Of a DNA stretch of 60,466 bases, positions 26,499-36,722 are shown in pieces. Where the stretch lies: assembly GCA_044224875.1 (NCBI GenBank), contig JBGAJQ010000028.1, positions 1 through 60,466 on the forward strand. The letters run 5' to 3'. A model generated the notes under the pieces. That model was not told the origin of the DNA. It saw only the letters and a list, made by a program, of their open reading frames with translations, and did not search any database. The stretch comes from Gemmatimonadaceae bacterium (GTDB lineage Bacteria > Gemmatimonadota > Gemmatimonadetes > Gemmatimonadales > Gemmatimonadaceae). Within the stretch, counting starts at the first letter, position 1. Each line of letters starts with the position of its first letter. The position numbers and the translations under genes are program-made.

Positions 26499-29009
26499 TT
26501 AGGGTTGGCGGCCGCCAGCCGCACCGGTTCCGCCATTCTCCGCCGCCGACGCCATCGGTACCCGCTTGGCCCGGAAGGCGTCGCTCTTCACCACCCCAAG
26601 CACGAAGTCGGCGAACCGATACCCGCTTGGCTCCGCGTCGCTCACGATGCGGCGGACGGTGGGCATGTCGTAGTACTCCACGCGGCGCCCCGTCGCGTAG
26701 GCCAGCAGGTTCTGCGTGAACGTTCGCACCAAGGGGATGGGTCGCTTCAACAGCACCGCCTGCAACTCCGCCGGTGAGGCGATCGCCGTCCCGTCATAGA
26801 AATCGCCACGCGTATCCAAGGCGGCGCCATTCTCGCGAATGCGCCAGCGGCCAGTCACATCGAAGTTGTCCAGGGCCAAGCCGATCGGGTCCATGAACTG
26901 GTGGCACGATCGGCATGTGGGATTCGAGCGATGCAGTTCCATCCGCTCACGTGTGGTGAGCAGCCGTCCTTCCTTGGCCTCGCCCGTCTTCTCGAGGTCC
27001 GGCACGTTCGGCGGCGGAGGAGGTGGGGGTGACCCCAGGAGCACTTCCATCACCCATTTCCCACGCAGCACTGGCGATGTCCGGTTCGCGTGCGAGGTGA
27101 GGGTGAGGACGCTGGCATGGCCTAACAAGCCGCGACGACTGGCGTCTGGATACGACACCCGGCGGAAGTCGTCGCCCGTCACGCCGCGAATGCCGTAGTG
27201 CTTTGCCAACGCCTCGTTCAGGTATGTGTAGTCGGCCCGGTACAGGTCCAACACGCTACGGTTCTCGCGCACGATGCTCTGGAAGAAGAGCTCCGTCTCG
27301 CGCCGCATCGCCTCTCCCAACTGCTCGCGATAGTCGGGGAACTGCAGGGCATCTGGGTGGACCTTGTCCACGTCCTGCAGCCGCAACCACTGCGCGGCAA
27401 AACGCGTGGACAGGGCGTCGGCGCGCGGGTCCGCCAGCATGCGCCGTGTCTGCGCCTGCAACACCGCGGGGGTGGATAATGTCCCGCTGCGGGCGAGCGC
27501 GATCAGCTTGTCATCCGGCGGCTCGCCCCACAGGAAGAAGGAGAGCCGGGACGCCAAGTCGAGGTCGCCCACAGGCACCCGTTGACCCGGCTTTGCACCT
27601 GTCGGCAGCTCCTCGAATCGGAAGATGAAGTGTGGTGATGCGAGCACCGCCTCCAGCGCGTTGCGAATGCCGATCTCGAAGCCGCCGTCCTTCACCCCGG
27701 CGTCGTAGAACGTCATCAGCGCCTTCACGTCGCCGGCGTTCGCTGGCCGGCGATAGGCTGCGCTGGCCAGGTCGGCGACGATATGTTCGGCGCAGGGACG
27801 CTCCTCGTTAGGCGCGGTGGGACGGCAGAGGAAGATCCGGCGTCTCGCCGCCGTTTCCGACACGCCGGTGGGTCGGTAGGGGCCGGTGATGGTCACGTCG
27901 CGCAAATGAGCCAACGCGGTGACCCCCGACTGCGACCCAATCTGCGTGTCCGCGATGCTGTGCCCCAGCGGCGCGATGTTGTCGTTGACCGGACCGTCAA
28001 ACGTTTGCAGGAAGGCCGCCGACACACGCTGCGCGCCGGCGCGTACCGGAATCGGATTCGTCCGCAAGTCCATCCCATTCGGGTCTGCCTGAGACATCAA
28101 CCGATCGATGTCCAGCACGGCCACCCGCTCGCCGTTGATGGACACCTCGACCTTCTCGTCGAAGGGCGCCCCGGAGCCAAACAGCTGGCCTGTTGGAATC
28201 GAGTGCAGCTGCACCACGAACACATACTCGCCGTCGGCGGGAAACGTGTGCACAACGGAAATGCCGCCCCGCGTGCCCTCAGGCGCTCCTTCCACGTGAT
28301 CCCACTGCGATGCCAGGCGCGGCAGCTTGTAGGTGACCGACGTGGTGCTGGCTCGCGGGTCGCCGACCGCCAATCGCGCAATATCGCTCGCCGCGTCGAG
28401 GTAGCCGTCGAGCAATGTCGCCGACGGCATCTGCACGTCCGCGATGTTGTCGAAGTTCGCGCTCTTGGTGTCCAGCGGCAGCCAGTTTCCCGCGTTCACA
28501 TCGAGTGTGAGCAGGTCCTTGATCGAGCGTTCGTATTCGGTGCGGTTCAACCGCTGAAAGGTGCGCGCGCCTGGCTCGGGATGGGTTGCGGCTGCCACAT
28601 CGATCGCGTGTTCCAGCGTCTCGGCCAGTGCCGTCAGGGTGTCCTCGCCGGGCTTCTTCACCCCCGGCGGTGGCATCATCCCCGTCCGCAACTTCACAAT
28701 GATCTTCTCGGCGATCTCCGGCGTCTGTGTCGCCGTCGCGACGTCAAAGTCTGCGAGTGTGAGATTCCCCAGCTTTCGCTTTTCGGAGTGGCAGGAAGTG
28801 GCGCAGACCTTCCGGACCATCGCCGTCAACGCCTGCGAGCTGACTCGCGCCGGTCGCGTGTGCGGAATCGCCATGGGTTGCAGCCGGCGTGATGCTGGCG
28901 CGGCGGCCGGACTGTCACTCCGCCGAGCTGACGGCGCTGTCGAGTGACCTTCCGTCAGGCCCAAGGTAGCGGTCAGGGCATAGGCCGCGACGGCGACAGG
29001 TAGCTTCAT
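26499..29009 (-). CDS. DUF1592/DUF1588 (PSD/PSCyt) heme-c-motif protein
   Basis: CATSCH...MMPPPG, RLNRTEYERSIKDLL, LASRLSFFLW, RTSPVLRGKW, CRSCHQFMDPIG. Confidence 0.92.
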   Translation of the reverse strand: MKLPVAVAAYALTATLGLTEGHSTAPSARRSDSPAAAPASRRLQPMAIPHTRPARVSSQALTAMVRKVCATSCHSEKRKLGNLTLADFDVATATQTPEIAEKIIVKLRTGMMPPPGVKKPGEDTLTALAETLEHAIDVAAATHPEPGARTFQRLNRTEYERSIKDLLTLDVNAGNWLPLDTKSANFDNIADVQMPSATLLDGYLDAASDIARLAVGDPRASTTSVTYKLPRLASQWDHVEGAPEGTRGGISVVHTFPADGEYVFVVQLHSIPTGQLFGSGAPFDEKVEVSINGERVAVLDIDRLMSQADPNGMDLRTNPIPVRAGAQRVSAAFLQTFDGPVNDNIAPLGHSIADTQIGSQSGVTALAHLRDVTITGPYRPTGVSETAARRRIFLCRPTAPNEERPCAEHIVADLASAAYRRPANAGDVKALMTFYDAGVKDGGFEIGIRNALEAVLASPHFIFRFEELPTGAKPGQRVPVGDLDLASRLSFFLWGEPPDDKLIALARSGTLSTPAVLQAQTRRMLADPRADALSTRFAAQWLRLQDVDKVHPDALQFPDYREQLGEAMRRETELFFQSIVRENRSVLDLYRADYTYLNEALAKHYGIRGVTGDDFRRVSYPDASRRGLLGHASVLTLTSHANRTSPVLRGKWVMEVLLGSPPPPPPPNVPDLEKTGEAKEGRLLTTRERMELHRSNPTCRSCHQFMDPIGLALDNFDVTGRWRIRENGAALDTRGDFYDGTAIASPAELQAVLLKRPIPLVRTFTQNLLAYATGRRVEYYDMPTVRRIVSDAEPSGYRFADFVLGVVKSDAFRAKRVPMASAAENGGTGAAGGRQP

Positions 29010-29045
29010 CCCAATCCTTGGATTCGAGGCGCTTAAACGACTGCG

Positions 29046-29063
29046 GCGACTATAGATAGTCGC
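29046..29063. promoter_or_regulatory. Perfect inverted repeat in the divergent promoter region
   Basis: GCGACTAT-AG-ATAGTCGC. Confidence 0.45.
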
Positions 29064-29243
29064 AAATCGGACGGGTCGCGGCAAGGGTAGTTGGTGGCAT
29101 GCTGGCGCCAGTGCCGTACCCCCTCACCTGCGTCCACCGCCTCCGTCGTAGCCAGGTCGGGATTCACCCCGACCGATCTGGGGTCCGCGGGGATGCAGGT
29201 TGGCGGACCGCACGACGCATCGCCCCTGTCATTGCAGTCCTCC

Positions 29244-32177
29244 GTGCCCCCAGAATACCGTATCCCCAATCCCGCGCATTTGCTCGAATCCCTGCAATCG
29301 GCCGTCGGCGACCGTTACCGCGTAGAGCGTGAGCTCGGTGGCGGCGGCATGAGTCGAGTGTTCCTGGCAACCGAGGTGACGCTGGGGCGAGCCGTCGTCA
29401 TCAAGGTGCTGGCCCCTGAGATCGCGAGTGTGGTCACGGCGGCGCGGTTCAAGCGGGAGACAGAAATCACCGCTCAGCTGCAACATCCGCACATCCTGCC
29501 GGTGCTGACGGCGGGCGCCGAGCAGGACCTGCTCTTTTATGTGTCACCGTATGTCGAGGGCGAATCGCTCCGGCATCGGATGACGCGAGAGGGAAAGCTT
29601 CCGGTCTCCGACGTGGTGCGCATCCTCTCGGAGGTCGCTTCGGCGCTGGCGTATGCGCACGAACGTGGTGTGGTGCACCGCGACATCAAGCCGGAGAACA
29701 TCCTGCTCTCCAATGGCCACGCCGTCCTGGCGGACTTCGGGATCTCGTCGCTATCGGAGCAGCTGACGGAGACGCCCGGCGGCACCCGATTGACCATCGC
29801 TGGCACATCGCTGGGGACGCCTGGCTACATGTCGCCCGAGCAGGCATCGGGGGATGTGAACATCGACGGACGCAGCGATCTGTACTCGCTTGGGGTGGTC
29901 GGATTCGAGATGCTAGCGGGCCAGCCGCCCTTCGCCGGGTCGACGCATGCCGAACTCCTCGTGCAGCACCTGACGGCGCCGGTGCCGTCGCCCAGCGCGT
30001 TCCGCACGGACGTTCCCACCGAGCTGAGTGCGGCGTTAGGCCGAGCGATGGCGAAGTCGCCGAATGATCGGTTTGCGAACGCTGGGGCGTTCCGAGATGC
30101 CTTGACGGCGACGGGACGTCCGACGGCACGACCACGGTCACCGCGCGTGGCGTGGGCGTTCGGCGCCGCCGCGGTCATTGCCGTGGCCGCCGTCATCTGG
30201 ATGACCACGCGTCGCGAACCGGACACCGTCGCGGCCGTGGACAACGGCAACCTCGTCGCCATCGCGCCATTTGACGCCTTTGGGCCGGAAGCTCGCATGT
30301 GGCGCGAAGGCATGGTGGATCTCCTGGCCGCGAACCTGGACGGGGCCGGCTCACTGCGCGCGGTGTCCACGACCGCGGTGATGCGCGCGTGGCCGGATTC
30401 GGCGCGGGCCGACCGCGCGTCGGCGCTGGCACTGGCGCGCAAGGTGGGCGCTGGCCTGGCGATCTTCGGCACGGCCGTGCCCGCCGGCCCGGATTCGTTG
30501 CGGCTGCGGGTCGCGATTCTCGATGCCGTCACGGACGCGCGCGTGGGCACCGAGATCGAGATCATCGGAGAGAGTACGCGTATCGACCGGTTGTCGGATA
30601 CCCTGTCGATCGCGCTCCTGACGACGTTGAATCAGGCGCGCCGTGTCGGGGCTACCAAGCGACCATCGTTAGGCTCTTCGTCTCTCCCCGCGATCAAGTC
30701 GTTCCTATGGGGTGAAACGCACTACCGGCGTGGGAGTTGGGACTCGGCAGCCGTTCACTACCGTCAGGCGCTGGCCGCCGACAGCCAGTACGCCTCGGCC
30801 ATGTGGCGCCTGGGCAATGCGTTAGGCTGGCAGTTGGCGGCAAACCTCCGTCCCGACGTGGAGTCCTACCAGCTGCTTCTCAAGGCCGGCACACTCAACC
30901 GGGGGCTGGCGCCTCGCGAGAGCGTCCTGGTCGCGGCCGATTCACTCTTCGCGTCGCTGATGCTTACCCAGCGCGAGGGTCCTACCACCGACCGATACCA
31001 TCGGGTCGTGCGCATGACCCAGTTGATGGAGCGAGCCGCTGAACGGTTCGGCGACGATCCCGAGATCTTTTACAAGCTCGGCGACGTGCGTTTCCACTTT
31101 ACGCGTGAGCTGGCGCCCCGCCTGCCTCGCGCGGGCGATTCGCACCGGGCGTTTGCGCAGGCCGTACAACTGGATTCGACCTACGCCGCAGCCTACCCCC
31201 ACTTGATTGAACTGACGGCAGAGTCCCAGGATCTGGCCGCCCTGCGACGACACCTCGGCAACTACCTTCGGCTCGGCCCCACGGGAGACCAGGCCGAGGC
31301 GCTGGCCCTCGCCGCTCGAGCCATCGACCCTCGTCAGCCGCAACTCCCCAATACCGACTCCCTCCTGCGCGGCCGGCTCGGGATAGTGGTCCGCGACCTC
31401 GTGACGGCGCTGCGAGGCCTCCTGGACACGAACGAGACGACCGTCCGGGTCTTTCGCACCTCGCTGAGCCTTTCCTTGGACGCGCGTCTCCCGGACGAGT
31501 TCATAAACTCGGTGCGATGGGGAGCGACGACCGCGCTGTCGTTGCGCGGCCACTTCGAGGAACTCGGAAGAATCGCCACACCGTCGCAGTCCCTGCTCTT
31601 GTACTACGCGGCCCTTGCCGGCGCGCTTCCTCCCGACAGCATGGACCGCGTGGCAGGCCGACTCGCCGCCAGTGGGGACCCCAGCGGACCGGCGCTTTCC
31701 TTGTTCTGGTGGGCGGAGCGGCGTGACACCGCCAGCATCAACGCCGTGCTCGGGAAGCTTCGCGCGAAGCCCGCACAACCGGCGTACACGTTCTTGCAGC
31801 CCTTCCTGCCCGCGGTGGACGCCCTGGCGCACGCCGACACCGCTCGCGCCATTGCAGCCCTGGCCTTGCCCGATACCGTGTGTCGGTTGGGGTGTTCGTC
31901 CGCCGACTTCCTGCGCCTCCGACTCCTGTCGGCGCAGCGAAAGGACTCGCTGGCGCTGGAGCTCATCGACCTCCCGGTCCGCTTCAACGACGGGTCGATG
32001 GTGTTGTGGCAGATGGAGCGCGCTCGTGTGCTGGAGCGCGCGGGCGATCGCCCTCGCGCCATCGACGCCTACTCCTACGTGGTGAGCGCGTGGGAACGAG
32101 GCGATGCCTCCGTTCAGGGAATCGTCACCGAGGCACGAGCCGGCCTGCGCCGCCTATCGGCCGATCCCACTCGTTAG
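29244..32177 (+). CDS. Hanks-type Ser/Thr kinase with TM segment and TPR-like region
   Basis: ELGGGGMSRVF, HRDIKPEN, DFG, GTPGYMSPEQ. Start uncertain (29193, 29244 or 29280). Confidence 0.92.
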   Translation: MPPEYRIPNPAHLLESLQSAVGDRYRVERELGGGGMSRVFLATEVTLGRAVVIKVLAPEIASVVTAARFKRETEITAQLQHPHILPVLTAGAEQDLLFYVSPYVEGESLRHRMTREGKLPVSDVVRILSEVASALAYAHERGVVHRDIKPENILLSNGHAVLADFGISSLSEQLTETPGGTRLTIAGTSLGTPGYMSPEQASGDVNIDGRSDLYSLGVVGFEMLAGQPPFAGSTHAELLVQHLTAPVPSPSAFRTDVPTELSAALGRAMAKSPNDRFANAGAFRDALTATGRPTARPRSPRVAWAFGAAAVIAVAAVIWMTTRREPDTVAAVDNGNLVAIAPFDAFGPEARMWREGMVDLLAANLDGAGSLRAVSTTAVMRAWPDSARADRASALALARKVGAGLAIFGTAVPAGPDSLRLRVAILDAVTDARVGTEIEIIGESTRIDRLSDTLSIALLTTLNQARRVGATKRPSLGSSSLPAIKSFLWGETHYRRGSWDSAAVHYRQALAADSQYASAMWRLGNALGWQLAANLRPDVESYQLLLKAGTLNRGLAPRESVLVAADSLFASLMLTQREGPTTDRYHRVVRMTQLMERAAERFGDDPEIFYKLGDVRFHFTRELAPRLPRAGDSHRAFAQAVQLDSTYAAAYPHLIELTAESQDLAALRRHLGNYLRLGPTGDQAEALALAARAIDPRQPQLPNTDSLLRGRLGIVVRDLVTALRGLLDTNETTVRVFRTSLSLSLDARLPDEFINSVRWGATTALSLRGHFEELGRIATPSQSLLLYYAALAGALPPDSMDRVAGRLAASGDPSGPALSLFWWAERRDTASINAVLGKLRAKPAQPAYTFLQPFLPAVDALAHADTARAIAALALPDTVCRLGCSSADFLRLRLLSAQRKDSLALELIDLPVRFNDGSMVLWQMERARVLERAGDRPRAIDAYSYVVSAWERGDASVQGIVTEARAGLRRLSADPTR

Positions 32178-32205
32178 GAATCCCACCTTCACGACTCCGG
32201 TCCGC

Positions 32206-33162
32206 ATGCGTCTCGCCCTCGTTGCGCTCCTTGCCCTGACGGCCGACTACGCACCACGCCGGCTCAATCCGCTCATTGACCTGCTCGAGCAGGGGCAGCC
32301 GGTCTTTGGCCTGTACGCGCCGAGTACGCGTCGCGGCGGGTCATCCTCGGCAATGGTGGAGTCTTCGCCGGCACAACGGGCCGGGACCGCGGTAGCGCAT
32401 ACGCCCACCGACTTCATCTTCGACGGCAGCATGGAGGAGCAGTTTGACGCGGCGTTCCCGACGTTTGCCGAATTCGCCAAAGGTGTTGCCGCTGCCGGGA
32501 CGTTGGAGCCTGGCCAGCCGCCGCGGTTGCATCACCCGCTCGTCGTCAAGACGCCGGAGATCGCTGCTGACCCACGCCTAGCGACCGATCGCATCGGCCG
32601 TCAGCTCAATCTCGGGGTCAGTACGATCGTGTTTGTAGGCGTTGAGAGTGCCGATGAAGTGCGGACCGGACTCGCCGCCATGCGATTGGCGGCGCACGGC
32701 GGTGTACGAAAGGACGACGTCGGCGACGCGCCGGCGTTCTGGGGACTTTCCGACCGCGAGTACAGGGAGCGCGCGGACGTCTGGCCGCTCAACCCCAAGG
32801 GCGAGTTGTTGAATTGGACGATCGTCGAGAGCAAGACAGGCCTGTCACACGTTCGCGAGATCGCCGCGGTCAAAGGGATTGGCGTGTTGTTCCCGGGTGC
32901 GGGCACCTTGCGCGGCGTCTTCACGACAACTGACGCCACGGGCCAGCGCGTGTTCGACGAACAGGGTTGGGAGGCTGCCATCCAGCAAGTGCTCTCAGCG
33001 TGCAAGGAGTTTCACGTGGCATGCGGCTTCCCCGCGCGGGAAAGCGACATCGAAATGCGCATGAAGCAAGGATTCTCGGTCTTTGTGATCGGGTGGGGCG
33101 AGCCAGGTTTCCGCACCGTCGACATGGGCCTGAAGCTCTCCAACAGATCTCGCGAGCGCTGA
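32206..33162 (+). CDS. HpcH/HpaI aldolase/citrate lyase-fold protein with signal peptide
   Basis: ADVWPLNPKGEL, IVESKTGL.HVREIAAVKGIGVLFPG; hydrophobic N-terminus. Confidence 0.75.
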   Translation: MRLALVALLALTADYAPRRLNPLIDLLEQGQPVFGLYAPSTRRGGSSSAMVESSPAQRAGTAVAHTPTDFIFDGSMEEQFDAAFPTFAEFAKGVAAAGTLEPGQPPRLHHPLVVKTPEIAADPRLATDRIGRQLNLGVSTIVFVGVESADEVRTGLAAMRLAAHGGVRKDDVGDAPAFWGLSDREYRERADVWPLNPKGELLNWTIVESKTGLSHVREIAAVKGIGVLFPGAGTLRGVFTTTDATGQRVFDEQGWEAAIQQVLSACKEFHVACGFPARESDIEMRMKQGFSVFVIGWGEPGFRTVDMGLKLSNRSRER

Positions 33163-33343
33163 TCATCGGCGCCGTCCGTCGGACGCCTGTGATGACACTC
33201 AAGACGATAGCCATCGTCGGGTGGGTCTGTTTCGCCAGCGACGCGCTCCGATGGGTCGCGCGCAGCTCCATGATTTCGCGACTCGCATGCGCGAGCATCG
33301 CACCGCAGATTTCGCGGCGGACCTTCTCCTGCTGGAGCTTACT

Positions 33344-35017
33344 GTGTTGAAGCGAACGATCGTGCGCTCATTCCTCTTCGTGCTTGCCTTCGCCAGCGCT
33401 TCGCGCGCGCAGGCACCCGACCTCATCGTGACAAACGCCCGGATCTACACGGTCGATGCGACACGCCCGATAGTCGACGCCATGGCCGTGCGTGGCGGTC
33501 GCGTCGTCGCGACCGGACCTCGCCGCTTGATCGAGTCGATGAAAGGGCCGTCCACCAAGGTGATGGATGCCGGTGGAAAGACGATCATTCCGGGTATGGT
33601 GGACGCGCACGTGCATCTGGCCGGACTCGGTCAAGCGCTGTCGATCGTGGACCTGGTCGGCACAACATCCTACCAGCAGATCGTCGACAAGGTCGCGGCG
33701 CGTGCACGTGGACTGAGCGCGGGGGCCTGGGTATTGGGTCGCGGTTGGGACCAGAACGACTGGGCGGACACACGCTTCCCGACGCACGAGGCCTTGAGCC
33801 AGGCAGTGCCTAACAATCCGGTACTGCTGGAGCGCGTCGACGGACATGCCGTCTTCGCCAACGCGGCGGCCATGAAGTCGGCCGGCGTCACGGCAGCAAC
33901 AAAGGATCCGCCAGGAGGCCGCCTGGAGCGCGCCGCCGACGGGAGCCCCACCGGCGTCTTTGTGGACAATGCCATGTCGTTGATGGAGCGCGTCGTTCCG
34001 GCCCCTACGCGCCAGGAGCTGCGCGGCCAGATCCTCGGCGCCATCAAGGAAGCCAACCGTTGGGGACTCACCGGTGTGCATGACGCCGGCGTCCCCAAGC
34101 CCGTCGTCGACCTCTACGAAGAACTGGCGCGCGAGGGCACGTACGACCTGCGGAACTACGTGATGGTGGCGAACAACGACAGCACGATCGCCTACTACCT
34201 TGGCCGCGGTCCGCAGAACGGACTCTACGATGGCCGACTCTGGATCCGCTCAATCAAGCTGGTGGCCGATGGCGCGTTAGGCAGCCGCGGCGCCGCGCTC
34301 TTGGAGCCCTACTCGGACGACCTCAAGAACAACGGGCTGGTGACGATCCCCGCGGGGCGTGTCCACGAGGTCGCAGCCAAGGCCCTCAAGGCGGGATTCC
34401 AGGTGAACGTGCACGCCATCGGCGACCGCGCGATGCGCACCGTGCTGAATGAATTCGAACAGGCACTGAAGGAAGTACCCCTGGCCGACCATCGCTTCCG
34501 GATCGAACACGCGCAGATCATCCACCCGGACGACCTGCCGCGATTCGCCGAACTGGGCGTGATTCCCTCCATGCAGGCCTCGCACCAGACCAGCGACATG
34601 TACTGGGCCGTGAATCGCATTGGACCGACCCGCGTGTTAGGCGCCTACGCGTGGCGCACGTTGCTGAACTCCGGCGTCGTGATCCCCAACGGTTCCGACT
34701 TCCCGGTGGAGCAGGTCAATCCGCTCATCTCCTTCCACTCCGCCGTGTCGCGACAGGACGCCAACAATTGGCCCGCTGGTGGCTGGTATCCAGAGCAGCG
34801 CATGACGCGCGAAGAGGCGCTCAAGGCCATGACCCTGTGGCCGGCCTATGCAGGGTTCATGGAGAAAGAATCAGGATCGCTGGAACCGGGAAAGTTCGCC
34901 GACTTTGTCGTGCTGGATCAGGACATCATGCAGGTTCCGGTGGAGCTGATCCTCAAGACCACGGTGCTCGCCACGTACCTCGGCGGCAAGGCGGTATACC
35001 AGCGTCCGGTGCCGTGA
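33344..35017 (+). CDS. YtcJ-like metal-dependent amidohydrolase
   Basis: PGMVDAHVH, DGALGSRGAAL, HAIGDRA, RIEHAQ, GSDFPVE, GSLEPGKFADFVVL. Confidence 0.93.
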   Translation: MLKRTIVRSFLFVLAFASASRAQAPDLIVTNARIYTVDATRPIVDAMAVRGGRVVATGPRRLIESMKGPSTKVMDAGGKTIIPGMVDAHVHLAGLGQALSIVDLVGTTSYQQIVDKVAARARGLSAGAWVLGRGWDQNDWADTRFPTHEALSQAVPNNPVLLERVDGHAVFANAAAMKSAGVTAATKDPPGGRLERAADGSPTGVFVDNAMSLMERVVPAPTRQELRGQILGAIKEANRWGLTGVHDAGVPKPVVDLYEELAREGTYDLRNYVMVANNDSTIAYYLGRGPQNGLYDGRLWIRSIKLVADGALGSRGAALLEPYSDDLKNNGLVTIPAGRVHEVAAKALKAGFQVNVHAIGDRAMRTVLNEFEQALKEVPLADHRFRIEHAQIIHPDDLPRFAELGVIPSMQASHQTSDMYWAVNRIGPTRVLGAYAWRTLLNSGVVIPNGSDFPVEQVNPLISFHSAVSRQDANNWPAGGWYPEQRMTREEALKAMTLWPAYAGFMEKESGSLEPGKFADFVVLDQDIMQVPVELILKTTVLATYLGGKAVYQRPVP

Positions 35018-35018
35018 G

Positions 35019-35387
35019 ATGAAGACGCGCATCCTGCGCCTCGCCCTGCTCTCGGGGGTGTTGGTGTTTGGCGGCGTGGCGTGGCAGCTCCGGCGTTCAG
35101 GTGGTGCCCCTGCGCCCACCGCGGATCCACGAACGTTGCTGCTGGCGGGACGGATCATTTGGGCGCTGGCGCTGCTGGCTTGCGTCGTGCTGTTCGCGTT
35201 CGTTGGCCGCGCCCGCGATGCGGCGCGCGTGCGCACCCTCAGCCTCATCGGATGGGTGGTCGGCGAATCGACGGCATTATACGGTGGGGTGATCTATCTG
35301 CTCGTGGGGAATCCGTTGTTCTATCAGCTAGGCGTCGGTTTCATGGTGCTCACCTTCCTGGCCTTCCCGGGAGTACCGCGTCGGTGA
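35019..35387 (+). CDS. Small membrane protein
   Basis: Four hydrophobic segments; starts 1 nt after the amidohydrolase stop. Confidence 0.75.
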   Translation: MKTRILRLALLSGVLVFGGVAWQLRRSGGAPAPTADPRTLLLAGRIIWALALLACVVLFAFVGRARDAARVRTLSLIGWVVGESTALYGGVIYLLVGNPLFYQLGVGFMVLTFLAFPGVPRR

Positions 35388-35633
35388 ACGTGGGCGGCAC
35401 GGAGGACCACGCGGTGAGCACCGTACCCGACGCAGTCGGGACGCTGAGACATCCGGGCATTTTTCGCCGCGGACACCCCGAATTGACGTGACCAGAGCCC
35501 GGTTCCAATCGTGATCTGGTGGGACTGTTGGCCGTAGACCGTTCTCGTGTCATCGCTTAGCCTCCTAGCTGGTTCGGACGGTCCCTCGACGTGCCGCTCA
35601 TGGCGGTTCGTGACCTTTCCTTCCTGATAGCGC

Positions 35634-36701
35634 ATGCTCTCTGACCCTTCATACGCCTTCCTGAAGTCGCTCCTCGACTGCCCCGGTCCGTCGGGTTTTG
35701 AGTCCGCGCCGGCCAAGCTGTGGAGGGACGAGGCCTCTCGCTTTGCGGCCGTCGAGCGCGACGTCATGGGCAATTCGCTGGCGACCGTAGTACCTGACGG
35801 GTCGCCGACGATCCTGCTCGCCGGACACATCGACGAGATCGGCGTCATTGTCACCTACGTGGACGATCAGGGTTTCCTCTTTGTCGGGCCGATCGGCGGT
35901 TGGGACTCCCAAGTCCTCGTCGGCCAGCGCGTGCGCCTGTTGAGCCGCAACGGCGACGTGATTGGCGTCGTCGGCAAGAAGCCCATCCACCTCATGAAGC
36001 CGGACGAGCGGGACAAGGTGTCGAGGCTGACGGACGTGTGGGTGGACATCGGCGCAGCCAGCAAGGAGGAGGCCCTGCAGCTGGTGAGCATCGGGGATCC
36101 GGCGGTGATCGACGCGCCGGTGCGAGAGCTGCCGAATCGTCGCATCGTCTCCCGTTCCATCGACAATCGCATCGGCGCCTTTGTGGTGTTGGAGGCGCTA
36201 CGCCGCTATGCCGAGAAGCCCGGGCCGGCCCGCGTGATCGCCATTGCCAGCACACAGGAAGAGATTGGGCACCATGGCGGCGGCGTGGTGGTTGGCACGC
36301 ACCGCGTGGCTCCCACGATGGCTATTGCGGTGGACGTCACCTTTGCCACCGACCATCCGTCGGTGGACAAGAAGGAAGTCGGCGAGCACAAGTTGGGTGC
36401 CGGACCGGTGCTCACACGCGGTTCCGTGATCTCACCGGTCGTGTTTGGCCTGCTGCGGGATGCGGCCGAGCGCTCGTCGATTCCGTTCTCGTTGCAGGGC
36501 GCGGGGCGCGATACGTCGACCGACGCCGACTTCATTCACCTGGCACGCGGCGGAGTGGCGACGGGTTTGGTGTCCATTCCCAACCGTTACATGCACTCGC
36601 CGAACGAGATGGTGGCGCTGGACGACGTGGATCGGGCGGCGGAACTGCTCGCCGAGGCCTGTCGGAGCGTTTCCGACACCACGGACTTCACCGCGCGTTA
36701 G
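35634..36701 (+). CDS. M42-family aminopeptidase
   Basis: GHIDEIG, IDNRIG, QEEIG, VDVT, RYMHSPNE. Confidence 0.95.
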   Translation: MLSDPSYAFLKSLLDCPGPSGFESAPAKLWRDEASRFAAVERDVMGNSLATVVPDGSPTILLAGHIDEIGVIVTYVDDQGFLFVGPIGGWDSQVLVGQRVRLLSRNGDVIGVVGKKPIHLMKPDERDKVSRLTDVWVDIGAASKEEALQLVSIGDPAVIDAPVRELPNRRIVSRSIDNRIGAFVVLEALRRYAEKPGPARVIAIASTQEEIGHHGGGVVVGTHRVAPTMAIAVDVTFATDHPSVDKKEVGEHKLGAGPVLTRGSVISPVVFGLLRDAAERSSIPFSLQGAGRDTSTDADFIHLARGGVATGLVSIPNRYMHSPNEMVALDDVDRAAELLAEACRSVSDTTDFTAR

Positions 36702-36722
36702 GCGCGGCGGCGCCTCGCGAGC

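Noticed and set aside
33189..33420. 5' echo upstream of the amidohydrolase
   Set aside because: Only TTCGCCAGCG and scattered matches are shared; not significant by eye.
35370..35420. 3' echo of the small membrane gene (GGAG.ACC.CG..CGGTGA)
   Set aside because: About 17 nt and gapped; insufficient.
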